Positions 1-8,667 of a stretch of DNA of 64,000 nt are shown piece by piece (the first letter of the stretch is position 1; each line of letters begins with the position of its first letter). The notes under the pieces are model-generated. The model was not told where the DNA came from and ran no database searches. It was given only the letters and a program-made list of their open reading frames with translations. The translations under genes were made by a program, and so were the position numbers. Source of the stretch: Myxococcales bacterium (GTDB lineage: Bacteria > Myxococcota_A > UBA9042); NCBI GenBank assembly GCA_037441385.1, contig JBBISH010000006.1, forward strand, positions 45,308 to 109,307, read 5' to 3'.

Positions 1-1152
1 AGCGCGGCCCGCGCCAAGAGCACGTTCCTGGCCAACATGAGTCACGAGATCCGCACGCCGCTCAACGCGGTGCTGGGGCTGGTGCACCTAGTCAAGGCGC
101 AGGGCGTCGCGCCCAAACAGGCCGATCAACTGACCAAGGTGGAGAAGGCGGGCCGACACCTGCTGGAAATTTTGAACAATATCCTGGATCTGTCCCGTAT
201 CGAGGCCGACAGTTTGCCGATCGAGAAGCGCGATTTTGCCCTGAACGAGGTCGTGTACACGGCGACGGCAGCGTCGGGGGTGGCCGCGGCGGCCAAGGGC
301 CTGGAACTCACGGTCGCGATGGATGGCGTGCCCACCCAACTGCGCGGCGACCCGCTGCGGTTGAGCCAGATGCTCGTCAACTACCTGGGCAACGCCATCA
401 AGTTCACGGAAAAGGGCCGCATCGAGCTGCGCGGCCAGCTGGTCGACCAGACCGAAACGGCCTACCGGGTGCGCTTCGAGGTGACCGACACCGGCATCGG
501 CGTAGAGGCCAGTGAGATCGAACGTTTGTTCCACCCGTTTGAGCAGGCTGACAACTCGACCACCCGGCGTTTTGGCGGTACGGGCCTGGGCTTGGCCATC
601 AACCGCCGGCTGGCGGCCCTGATGGGCGGCGAGGTGGGCGCAGACAGCGAGCGCGGCCGCGGCAGCACCTTTTGGATCGAGGTATGGCTGGACCGGCCCC
701 AAGCGCCTGTGGCCCTGAGCTATGCCGTACGCTTCGAAGAACCGTTCCTGCGCCTCAAGCAGACCTACGCCGGCGCGCAGGTGCTGCTGGTCGAAGACGA
801 CGAACTCAATCTGGAAGTGGCGCGCGACATGCTGCTGACCGCCGGGCTCGTCGTCACCACCGCGGCGGGCGGCGCAGAGGCCGTAAGCCTGGCGGCGAGT
901 CATCCGTTCGACACGATCCTGATGGATATCCAGATGTCCGACTTGGATGGCCTGGAGGCGACTCGGCGGATTCGCCAGTTGCCGCAGGGGGCTGCGGTGC
1001 CGATTGTGGCGCTCACCGCCAACGCCTTCGCCGAGGACCGCGCCCGCGTCCTGGCGGCCGGGATGGACGACTTTGTGGCCAAACCCATCGAGCCCGAGCA
1101 GCTGTGTCAGGTCTTGGCGCAGCAGTTCGAGCGCCGGCGCCGGGCATCGTAG
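1..1152 (+). CDS. Hybrid sensor histidine kinase/response regulator (5'-truncated by window edge)
   Basis: H-box FLANMSHEIRTPLN, N-box NYLGNAIKFT, G1/F/G2 boxes (DTGIG, LFHPFEQAD, GGTGLGL) and C-terminal receiver (LLVEDD, ILMDIQM, ALTANA, KP). Frame is open from base 1. Confidence 0.95.
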   Translation, partial: SAARAKSTFLANMSHEIRTPLNAVLGLVHLVKAQGVAPKQADQLTKVEKAGRHLLEILNNILDLSRIEADSLPIEKRDFALNEVVYTATAASGVAAAAKGLELTVAMDGVPTQLRGDPLRLSQMLVNYLGNAIKFTEKGRIELRGQLVDQTETAYRVRFEVTDTGIGVEASEIERLFHPFEQADNSTTRRFGGTGLGLAINRRLAALMGGEVGADSERGRGSTFWIEVWLDRPQAPVALSYAVRFEEPFLRLKQTYAGAQVLLVEDDELNLEVARDMLLTAGLVVTTAAGGAEAVSLAASHPFDTILMDIQMSDLDGLEATRRIRQLPQGAAVPIVALTANAFAEDRARVLAAGMDDFVAKPIEPEQLCQVLAQQFERRRRAS

Positions 1153-1186
1153 AAACGCAGGTCCGCGCCCTCCCGCCCGAACCGCG

Positions 1187-2716
1187 CTACTTGGGCTGGC
1201 AGGCCTTGAACGTCGCCGAACTGGTGTCGCTGTAGGGGATGCCGGCCTGGCAAGTCCAGGTGGGGCAGTCGCCGTCGGCCTGGCACTTGGCGCCGTTGGC
1301 CGTGCACTTGCCGCCGCTGCACGCACCTTTGGCGGTGGCGCAGTCGGCGTCGTTCTGGCAGAGCGCGACGCAGCCCTTCCAGGTGCACCAGCCGGTCTGG
1401 CAGAGCGCCAACGTGCCGACGTTGGGGTCGATGTTGCACGCTTGCGACGGGACCGCGGCGGCCGTGCCGATCGGGTTGCTGACTTTGGGGCCGCAGCGAG
1501 CCTGGAAGTCCCCGTAAATTGGCGTTACGCGGCAGACCTCGCCAGGCGGGCATTCGGCCGAAGTTTGGCACGGCGAGAACGTGGTGCCCGGCAAGCAGAG
1601 CGGGTTGCTCTGGCCGGCGGTGACTTGGATGGCGCTGTACTGCTCGACGCAGCGGAAATTGCCGCCCGACGTGCCGATCGCCGCGCCCATGCAGTCGCTG
1701 GGCTGGCCCGGATCTTCGATGCCGTCGGGTCCGGGTGCGCCCGTGACGTTGTTTTGGGCGTCGGCGGCGATCTTGCATTTGCGCGTACACACGCCCTGGA
1801 CGCAGTGGCCGTCTTGGCACTGGTTGTCCAGGCACTCGACGAACTGCTTTTGGGCGTACTGGCTGGCGCCAAACAGCGGCACCGGGCAGGCCTCGCTGGG
1901 ACCGCACGGCTCGCCGAACTTCTTCTTTTGGCCTGGGTCGTCCAGCTTGCACTGGTTGGTAGAGCAGAACTGGTTGATTTGACAGGATCCGCACGACTTG
2001 CTGCAGGTCGTCTTGGCAAAGCCACAGGCGATGCCGTTGCACGGGCAGTCGGCACCGCCCGAGGTGCACTTGTTGGCGGTGCAGGTTTCGCCTGGTCCAC
2101 AGCTCCCGCAGTTGTTGGGGCAGGCCTTGCCGCTGCTGCCGGTCAAGACGCCGCAGACGCCGGGCTTGCAGGTGCAGCCCGGATCCGGCACGCACTGGTA
2201 CGCTTTGCACATCGAGCCGGCCGCGCAGTCGCCGCAGGTGTTTTCGCACCCAGGCAGCTGGCCGCAGCCCACGCCAGCGCACGAACAGTCAAAGGTGCAG
2301 AAGTTGTTCAGGCAAGTCATGCCTTGGTCGCAGCCGCCGCAGTCCTTGCCGCAAAATAGCTTGCCGCAATCCTGAGGGCCGCACGTGCAGTCGGGATCGG
2401 CCTCGCAGATGTTGCTTTTGCACAGCGCGCCCTTGGGGCAGTCGCCGCACTTCAGGCCGGGGCAGCCGGCTACCTCGCCGCACTCTAGGCCCGCGCAGCT
2501 GCAGGCGTCTTCGACGGGCCCCACGGTCGTCTCGCTGGCGGAGTCGGCGGCGGTCACGTCGGGTACGCTGGCGACATCGGCGGTTTGAAGTGTCGAGCCC
2601 GCGTCTTTGAACGTGAACTGCGTGGGCGACCAGCCCGAGTTCGTGGTGGCGCCGTTGCTGCACGCCAGCAGCGCCAGCACGGCTACGGCCCCGGCAAGGC
2701 ATCGAAGGGCGGTCAT
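1187..2716 (-). CDS. Cys-rich repeat lipoprotein (myxobacterial type)
   Basis: Lipobox LLAC, Ser/Thr/Asp-rich linker, about 5 tandem CxC..CG..CG..CG.C....C....C modules, then a Cys-rich C-terminal region. Confidence 0.85.
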   Translation of the reverse strand: MTALRCLAGAVAVLALLACSNGATTNSGWSPTQFTFKDAGSTLQTADVASVPDVTAADSASETTVGPVEDACSCAGLECGEVAGCPGLKCGDCPKGALCKSNICEADPDCTCGPQDCGKLFCGKDCGGCDQGMTCLNNFCTFDCSCAGVGCGQLPGCENTCGDCAAGSMCKAYQCVPDPGCTCKPGVCGVLTGSSGKACPNNCGSCGPGETCTANKCTSGGADCPCNGIACGFAKTTCSKSCGSCQINQFCSTNQCKLDDPGQKKKFGEPCGPSEACPVPLFGASQYAQKQFVECLDNQCQDGHCVQGVCTRKCKIAADAQNNVTGAPGPDGIEDPGQPSDCMGAAIGTSGGNFRCVEQYSAIQVTAGQSNPLCLPGTTFSPCQTSAECPPGEVCRVTPIYGDFQARCGPKVSNPIGTAAAVPSQACNIDPNVGTLALCQTGWCTWKGCVALCQNDADCATAKGACSGGKCTANGAKCQADGDCPTWTCQAGIPYSDTSSATFKACQPK

Positions 2717-2870
2717 CGCAGATCTCCCAGGCGGGCGCTCGCCGCGGAACGCCTGCCAGCGTAGCGAAAATGCCCGTGTGGCTCAAGCTGGTTGCGCTGG
2801 TTCCCGTCCGCCCCTTGCCCTGGCGCCGCAGTCGGGCTAGGCTCGCCGCATGGTCGAGGGCCGCGCCGCC

Positions 2871-4175
2871 ATGGCCAGTGCTGTCCAAGCCGACCTTGTC
2901 GACCGGCTGGGGCGGGCGCGCGTCTTGGTGGCCGACGAGGCGCGCAAGGTCTGCGGCCTAGAGGCCGGTGCCACGGGTCCCCTGGCGGTGGTCCGGCCGG
3001 CCAGCAGCGAACACGTCGAACATATTGTAAAAGTTGGGCGTCTCCGCCATGCCGCGGTGGTGCCGCGCGGGCGTTTTCCGGTCAGTCAGGCTGACGAAGT
3101 GCGCGACGTGGTCGTGCTCGACGTGGGCGCCCTGCAGCGGCCGCCCTCGGTCGACATCGGCCGCCGCACGGTTACGGCGGGCGTGGGCGTCGAGCTCGGG
3201 CACATCGACCGGGTGGCGCGGCAGGCGCGGCTGTGTCTGCGCGCCGTGCCGGGCTTTGACGACGGCGAAAAACTGGGCGTGCTGTTGGCGCGCGGCGTGC
3301 CCGGCGAGCTGGGGCTGGGCGAAGGCTCGCTGTTGGGCGACGTGGTCAGCGCGCTGGTGGTGACGGGCGGCGGCCGCGTGTTGGCGGTGGGCGCGGGCGA
3401 CATGCTGGCGCAGGCGCCCTGGTTGGGCGAAGGCGTAGCCAATCCTTTGGGGCAGTTGCTGGGCAGCGAAGGCCGGCTGGCGATCCTGTGCGAGGTGACC
3501 TTGCGGCTGCATCCGGCGCCCATTGCCGCATGGAGTTCGGCCGTTTTGCCGCCGACGCGCGATGCCTTGCTGGGCGCCGCGTCGCTGGTTCGCTCGCTGT
3601 ACTCGGCGCGCCTGGCCGATACCGGCATCGTGCGCAGCACCGCCACGGGCCAGCAGCTGGATGTGCGGCTGGTCACCTTCCGCGGCGAGGCCGACTTGCC
3701 GGCGGTGACCGCCCACGCCCGCGAGCTCGCCGGACGACTTGGGGTGCCGCTGAGCGATCCGGCTGCCGAGCCGCGCCGGGTCCGCCTTGGTCAGCAAGCG
3801 GGCGAGTGGCCGCTGCACGCGACGACCCAGCCCGCGTTGGAATTGCGCTTGAGCTGGCCGGACTTGCCCAGCCTGTACGACCTGACTGCGGCGCTCTATG
3901 CCGAGGCGGGTCAAACCGGCGACCGCACCTGGGTGCTGGGCGGCGACTCGGTGCTGCTGCGCTGCGGCTTTCAGTCGACTCGGCCGGAATTGCACCCGCT
4001 GGTGACTCGGGCGGTGTTGCTGCTGGATGCCGGCGCGGCGCCCCTGGGCTTTGGTTCTCTGCTGCGTGCGGCTGGGCGCGACCGCATGCCCACTTCGGCC
4101 AAAGTGCTGCTCACGGCGCTGCAGCGGGCCTGGGATCCTGAAGGCGTGCTGGCCAGCCGCGTCGGCGTACTGTAG
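2871..4175 (+). CDS. FAD-binding PCMH-type (GlcD/D-lactate dehydrogenase-like) protein, divergent
   Basis: LAVVRPASSEHV, VVPRG, VTAGVGV, LLGSEGRLAILCEVTLRL and terminal RAWDPEGVL resemble the FAD-linked oxidase fold. Alternative start at 2850. Confidence 0.7.
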   Translation: MASAVQADLVDRLGRARVLVADEARKVCGLEAGATGPLAVVRPASSEHVEHIVKVGRLRHAAVVPRGRFPVSQADEVRDVVVLDVGALQRPPSVDIGRRTVTAGVGVELGHIDRVARQARLCLRAVPGFDDGEKLGVLLARGVPGELGLGEGSLLGDVVSALVVTGGGRVLAVGAGDMLAQAPWLGEGVANPLGQLLGSEGRLAILCEVTLRLHPAPIAAWSSAVLPPTRDALLGAASLVRSLYSARLADTGIVRSTATGQQLDVRLVTFRGEADLPAVTAHARELAGRLGVPLSDPAAEPRRVRLGQQAGEWPLHATTQPALELRLSWPDLPSLYDLTAALYAEAGQTGDRTWVLGGDSVLLRCGFQSTRPELHPLVTRAVLLLDAGAAPLGFGSLLRAAGRDRMPTSAKVLLTALQRAWDPEGVLASRVGVL

Positions 4176-4178
4176 ATC

Positions 4179-4646
4179 CTACGTAGAGGGTAGGATTCCC
4201 GCGAAATTCTGTTGCCGCAGCGCTTCATACAGCACCAGCGTCGCAGTGTTCGACAGGTTCAGGCTGCGGATCGCGGGCAGGATCGGCACCCACAGCGTGC
4301 TGGGCGCCAAGCGCTCGCGCAGGTCGGGCGGGAAGCCGCGGGTCTCGCCGCCAAAAATCAGAATATCGTCAGGCTGGTACGCGACCTGATCGTAGCGTTG
4401 CCCGCCGTGGGACGAAAACGCCCAGGTGCGCCGACCCGGCAGCGCGGCCAGCAGGGCGTCCAAGTCGGCGTGATGGTGCAAGCGCACGTTTTTCCAGTAG
4501 TCCAGGCCGGCGCGCCGCACGTACTTTTCGTCCAGCGAGAAGCCGAGCTTGCCCACCAGGTGCAGATCCGTGCCGGTGCCGACGCAGACGCGGCCAATGC
4601 TGCCGGTGTTGCCAGGGATTTCGGGTTCGATGAGTGCGATGTGCAT
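4179..4646 (-). CDS. trmL: tRNA (cytidine/uridine-34-2'-O)-methyltransferase, SpoU family
   Basis: EPEIPGNTGSIGR, RRAGLDYW, FGGETRG, RSLNLSN motifs; 155 aa. Confidence 0.95.
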   Translation of the reverse strand: MHIALIEPEIPGNTGSIGRVCVGTGTDLHLVGKLGFSLDEKYVRRAGLDYWKNVRLHHHADLDALLAALPGRRTWAFSSHGGQRYDQVAYQPDDILIFGGETRGFPPDLRERLAPSTLWVPILPAIRSLNLSNTATLVLYEALRQQNFAGILPST

Positions 4647-4661
4647 GCTGGTGGGTCTAAC

Positions 4662-5453
4662 CTAGAAGTAGTAGCAGAAGCCCGCGCCCCCGGCGTAGCT
4701 GCCGGACGTGCCCAGCCAGGTCTCGCCGGCGGCCATGTGGCTGGTGATGGTGGTACTGGGGTACTCGGGCAGGCGTCCGCGCGCCAGGCCGATGGCGATT
4801 TGGCCGTAGAACGAGGCGTTGTCGGTCAAGAAGGCCTCGCCAACCAGCGGGATCTCCACGCCCCAGCGCATGGCCGGACTGCTGACGATCGGTGTGGCGC
4901 TGGCCGAGGTCGACGCGCCCGCCGAAGAGACGTTGACGGTGGCTTCGGTCAGGGTTTGCGTCGTCGTCTGCAACCACGGGCGCAGGCCCAGCGACAAGCT
5001 GGCGCGCGGACCATCGGCAATGCGGTACAGCATCCCCACGGCGACCCGCAAGTACGACAAGTCCAGCGTGGCGCTGCAGTTGGTGGTCGACGACGCGGCG
5101 GCGCCGATCTCTTTGGCCGCGGTAAGGCAGCCTTGCGCGGCCTGCAGCGTGGGCGTGGCTTGTCCAGCCTTGGGCGGCAGCACTTGGCCGGCCTGCACCG
5201 ACACGGGGTCCAAGTCGCGCTGCGTCGACTGCCAGCCAACCATCAGCTCAAAGGCCACCTTGGTGCGCCAATAGCGGATCACGGCGAGCGGCATGCCCTG
5301 GCCGCTCAGCCCCATGCCGACACCGATTTTTCCTGTCATGTCGCGGGCAAAAGCGGTATTCGCCGCCAGCGTCGCCGCCACGGCCGCCAGCACCGCGGAC
5401 CACCGTCGCAGGCTCTGGCCGGTCACGACAAGGTTGGGGGGGCGTGCTAGCAT
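4662..5453 (-). CDS. Secreted protein, probable outer-membrane beta-barrel
   Basis: Signal peptide ending AFA, alternating beta-strand pattern, C-terminal aromatic (GFCYYF). Start ATG at 5453 chosen over the longer ORF call. Confidence 0.6.
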   Translation of the reverse strand: MLARPPNLVVTGQSLRRWSAVLAAVAATLAANTAFARDMTGKIGVGMGLSGQGMPLAVIRYWRTKVAFELMVGWQSTQRDLDPVSVQAGQVLPPKAGQATPTLQAAQGCLTAAKEIGAAASSTTNCSATLDLSYLRVAVGMLYRIADGPRASLSLGLRPWLQTTTQTLTEATVNVSSAGASTSASATPIVSSPAMRWGVEIPLVGEAFLTDNASFYGQIAIGLARGRLPEYPSTTITSHMAAGETWLGTSGSYAGGAGFCYYF

Positions 5454-5459
5454 CGCGCC

Positions 5460-6134
5460 ATGGTGCCCAAACTGCCCCGTATCCTCAAGCGAGTGGCGAC
5501 CGGACTGCGGCGGTTGGCCGCGCTGCGGTGGCTGATGCTGTGGCTGACGCTGGCCTGGGGGTTGGCGGTGGCGCTGCCGATGGCCCTGAACTACCCAGAA
5601 CACGGGCTGGATCGCCCGGCGGTCCTGTGGCTGGGCGCGGCCGGGCCGCTGGGGGCGCTGGTGGCGGGCCTGACGGCGCGGCCGTGGTCGGTCCTAGCGG
5701 CGTGGCTGCTGGGCGCGGTGCCGCCGCTGGTCGCCTGTCCGCCGCTCTTAGAGACTAGCGCTGACAAACCATGGACTTCGTTGCTGCTGGCGCTGGCGCT
5801 GCTGGGCGCCGTCGACTCGGCGCTGCGCCTGGAGACCCAGGGCGCCGCCGACCTGCCGCGCTTCTTGGGGCTGCCGGCTTCGCTGCGCTGGCGGGTGCTG
5901 GCCGGACTGGGGGTCGTGTGGCTGGCCCTGGCCTGGTGGTGGCACCCGCTGGGCGTGCCCTTGCCGGATGCCGCGCGGTCCGTCCGCGTGGCCGGTGTCG
6001 CCTTGTGCTGGTCGCTAGTGGCCGGCGTGCCCATGGTCGGCCCCATTTCAGCGCAACCGTGGAAGGCCTTGCTCTTGCGCCGCGGGGCGTGGCTGCTGCT
6101 GCTGGGCGGGCTCTTGCGCCTGTGGCTGGGCTAG
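5460..6134 (+). CDS. Hypothetical integral membrane protein
   Basis: 224 aa, several hydrophobic Leu/Trp-rich segments. Confidence 0.6.
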   Translation: MVPKLPRILKRVATGLRRLAALRWLMLWLTLAWGLAVALPMALNYPEHGLDRPAVLWLGAAGPLGALVAGLTARPWSVLAAWLLGAVPPLVACPPLLETSADKPWTSLLLALALLGAVDSALRLETQGAADLPRFLGLPASLRWRVLAGLGVVWLALAWWWHPLGVPLPDAARSVRVAGVALCWSLVAGVPMVGPISAQPWKALLLRRGAWLLLLGGLLRLWLG

Positions 6135-6331
6135 CCCCAAATGGGGCGCAAGCGAGCGCCTGCAGCGACTCGCCGCCCCGAGTTCGAAGGTTTGGATGCG
6201 CGGAGAAATTTCAAATCGATAGGCCCTCGAGGGCCCCGATCGGGCGCGCGCGTGCAGAGGGCTTGTCGGCATGGCTGCCGCGCCGCACAATCACCGCCTG
6301 GTGCGGCCGGCGGGTCGCAGCGAGGTAGGCG

Positions 6332-6556
6332 GTGGCGGCAGTGCGCGGTCCCGACAATTCACCGCAGCCCAGTGTGCCGTTGTCGCGGCAGTTGTTGGCG
6401 GGCGTGCTGGAGTTGGCGGCGTTGGCGCCGATGGTGTACGCGCTGGATGCGCTAGAGCGCCGCGACTATCTGGCGGGCGGGCTGCTCCTGCTGCTAACTT
6501 GGGTGCTCGCCCGCACGGGCCTGGACTTGCTCCACTCCGCGGAGACGCAAGGATGA
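6332..6556 (+). CDS. Small hypothetical membrane protein
   Basis: GAGGT RBS upstream, two hydrophobic segments, stop overlaps next start (ATGA). Confidence 0.5.
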   Translation: MAAVRGPDNSPQPSVPLSRQLLAGVLELAALAPMVYALDALERRDYLAGGLLLLLTWVLARTGLDLLHSAETQG

Positions 6557-7614
6557 ACCGCCGCCCGACCGCCCTTGGCCTGCTGCTTGCGGGGCTGACC
6601 GCTTGCACGGCCGCGCCCGCGCCGACGGCGCTCGCGCCCAAGCCACCCGCTTTTGTTGCGCCCAAGCTGCCGATCGGCCCGCTGGCCCATGCCCCGTGGG
6701 TCGCGGCCCCGTGCACGCCGGGCGCGTTGCCGGCCGACGTGCTCGCTTGTGTCGGTGGCCGGCCGATTGCCCGCGCCGAGTTCGATCGCGCCTGGGCCCA
6801 GGCCGAGCCCGGCACCAGCAGCCGCGACCTGCTGCAAGCGATGATCGACGAAGAGCTTTTGGCGCAAGAGGCGGCGCGCAAGGGGCTGTGGGCCAACGCA
6901 GTGGTGCAGCAAACCCAGCGGCGCGCCATGGCTGGGCTGCAGCTCGACCGGGCGATGGCCAAAGTGACGCCCGAGAGCATTGCCCCGGCCGATCTGCAAA
7001 AGGCCTATCGTTTTCCGCAGATCATCGTCCGCTACGACCACGTCGACGCCTACTTCGTCATCGACGGCCAAATGCTGTGCTGCACGGGCGATTTCAAGCA
7101 GTGTTCGCAACGCGACGACGTGCGCGCCTGTATCGACGAGACGGCGCCCAAAGCCCAGGCCGTGTATGCGCATTTGCTGGCGGATCCGCCACAGACGCCC
7201 GCCGAGATGTTTGCGCGCCTGAAGGTCCTGGGCGAGACCCGCCCCGAGCTGGGCGCGGCCAACGTGCAATTCTACTACGACAAGTCCAAGCCGTACCGCG
7301 AGCAGAAGGGCTACGACGTGATGATTCAAGAGTTTGCCGAGGCGGTGGTGCAGATGCAGCCCGGCCAGCTCCACGAGCCGATCCGTTCCGCTTTTGGCTG
7401 GCACATTCCCTATCTAGAGCGGATCGATCCGGCTGTGCACAAACCCTGGAACGACCCCGACGTGCGCGCCGAGATCAGCGCCAACATCCTGACGCCGATT
7501 CGCGAGCGCGAGGCGCAGCGCTACGTGTTCGAGCTGCACCGCCAGCAAGGGGTCGAGATCTTTTTCGATGTGCTGGATCCGCCGGCATCGGGCGAAGCCG
7601 CCGAAGAACCTTAG
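6553..7614 (+). CDS. PpiC/SurA-type peptidyl-prolyl isomerase lipoprotein
   Basis: Lipobox LTAC; IDEELLAQEA (SurA-N like); MIQEFAEAV..MQPGQLHEPIRSAFGWHI parvulin motif. Confidence 0.85.
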   Translation: MNRRPTALGLLLAGLTACTAAPAPTALAPKPPAFVAPKLPIGPLAHAPWVAAPCTPGALPADVLACVGGRPIARAEFDRAWAQAEPGTSSRDLLQAMIDEELLAQEAARKGLWANAVVQQTQRRAMAGLQLDRAMAKVTPESIAPADLQKAYRFPQIIVRYDHVDAYFVIDGQMLCCTGDFKQCSQRDDVRACIDETAPKAQAVYAHLLADPPQTPAEMFARLKVLGETRPELGAANVQFYYDKSKPYREQKGYDVMIQEFAEAVVQMQPGQLHEPIRSAFGWHIPYLERIDPAVHKPWNDPDVRAEISANILTPIREREAQRYVFELHRQQGVEIFFDVLDPPASGEAAEEP

Positions 7615-8663
7615 GATTTTGCCGAGGTTGGCCCGCCCTGCCACACCGGCTGATCCAGCCCAGGCAGCTTGGCGTCGTCGCCATACAGGCCCTTGGCGAC
7701 TTCGGCCAGATCCGCAGGCCAGTCCAGCACAAAGCGCAGCATCGCCCCGGTGCGCGGGTGGCGAAAACCCAGCGCATAGGCGTGCAGGGCCTGCCGCTGG
7801 ATCTTGGCCAGCCAGGGCAGGTCGCGCGCCGTTCGCTCGGTGCGGGCATGGCTGCGCTGGCCGCCGTACAGGGCGTCGCCAGCGATCGGGTGGCCCATCT
7901 CGGCCAGATGCATCCGGATCTGGTGCGTACGGCCGGTCTCTAGCGTGCACACCACCAGGGTGGTCAGCGGCGAGCGCGCCAGCACCGTAAAGTGGCTGAC
8001 CGCCGCCTTGCCTTCTTTGACCCGGCCCGAAAACTTCTTGCGATCGACCGGATGGCGGCCGTGCAGGGTCCGCAGCGTCAGCTGCGCCTGGGGCAGATTC
8101 CCCAGCGCGATCGCCACGTAGCGCCGCTCTAGCCGGTGCGCGGCAAAGTCCGCCGCCAGCTTTTGCATCGAACGTTCGTTTTTGGACACCACCAGCAGGC
8201 CCGAGGTGTCCTTGTCGATGCGGTGCACCAGCCCCGGCCGCACCTCCACGCCGCCCAGCCCCTGCATCTGCGGCGCGTGGTGCAGCAGCGCGTTGACCAG
8301 GGTGCCCGATTCGTGGCCCGCCGCCGGGTGCACCACCAGCCCGGCCGGCTTGTCCAGCACCAGCAAGTCCTCGTCTTCGTACAGGATCGTCAGCGGCAGC
8401 GCCTCGGGCTCGGCCGAGAGCTCTGGACGCGGCTGCACCGCCACCTGCAGCACCATGGTCTTGTGGACGAGCAGGCTGGGCTTCAGCTTGGCGTTCTTGG
8501 GGCCTTGCACCCACGTCACGTGGCCGTCGGTCAAGTGATCGGTGGCACGGGCGCGGCTCATGCCCTCGATGCGGGCCACCAGCCAGGCGTCCAGGCGCAT
8601 CCCCGACTCGTGCGGCGCCACGGCCAGCACCAACGGCTCGGGCAGATCGTGAGGGTGCGTCAC
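7611..8663 (-). CDS. rluD: RluA-family pseudouridine synthase with S4 domain
   Basis: RLDAWL S4 domain, DKPAGLVVHP, catalytic HRIDKDTSG, LETGRTHQIR, QALHA. Confidence 0.93.
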   Translation of the reverse strand: MTHPHDLPEPLVLAVAPHESGMRLDAWLVARIEGMSRARATDHLTDGHVTWVQGPKNAKLKPSLLVHKTMVLQVAVQPRPELSAEPEALPLTILYEDEDLLVLDKPAGLVVHPAAGHESGTLVNALLHHAPQMQGLGGVEVRPGLVHRIDKDTSGLLVVSKNERSMQKLAADFAAHRLERRYVAIALGNLPQAQLTLRTLHGRHPVDRKKFSGRVKEGKAAVSHFTVLARSPLTTLVVCTLETGRTHQIRMHLAEMGHPIAGDALYGGQRSHARTERTARDLPWLAKIQRQALHAYALGFRHPRTGAMLRFVLDWPADLAEVAKGLYGDDAKLPGLDQPVWQGGPTSAKS

Positions 8664-8667
8664 GCGA

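Noticed and set aside
6135..6331. Intergenic region with small palindromes (GGCCCTCGAGGGCC) as a possible ncRNA
   Set aside because: No recognisable tRNA, 6S, SRP or riboswitch motifs; insufficient support.
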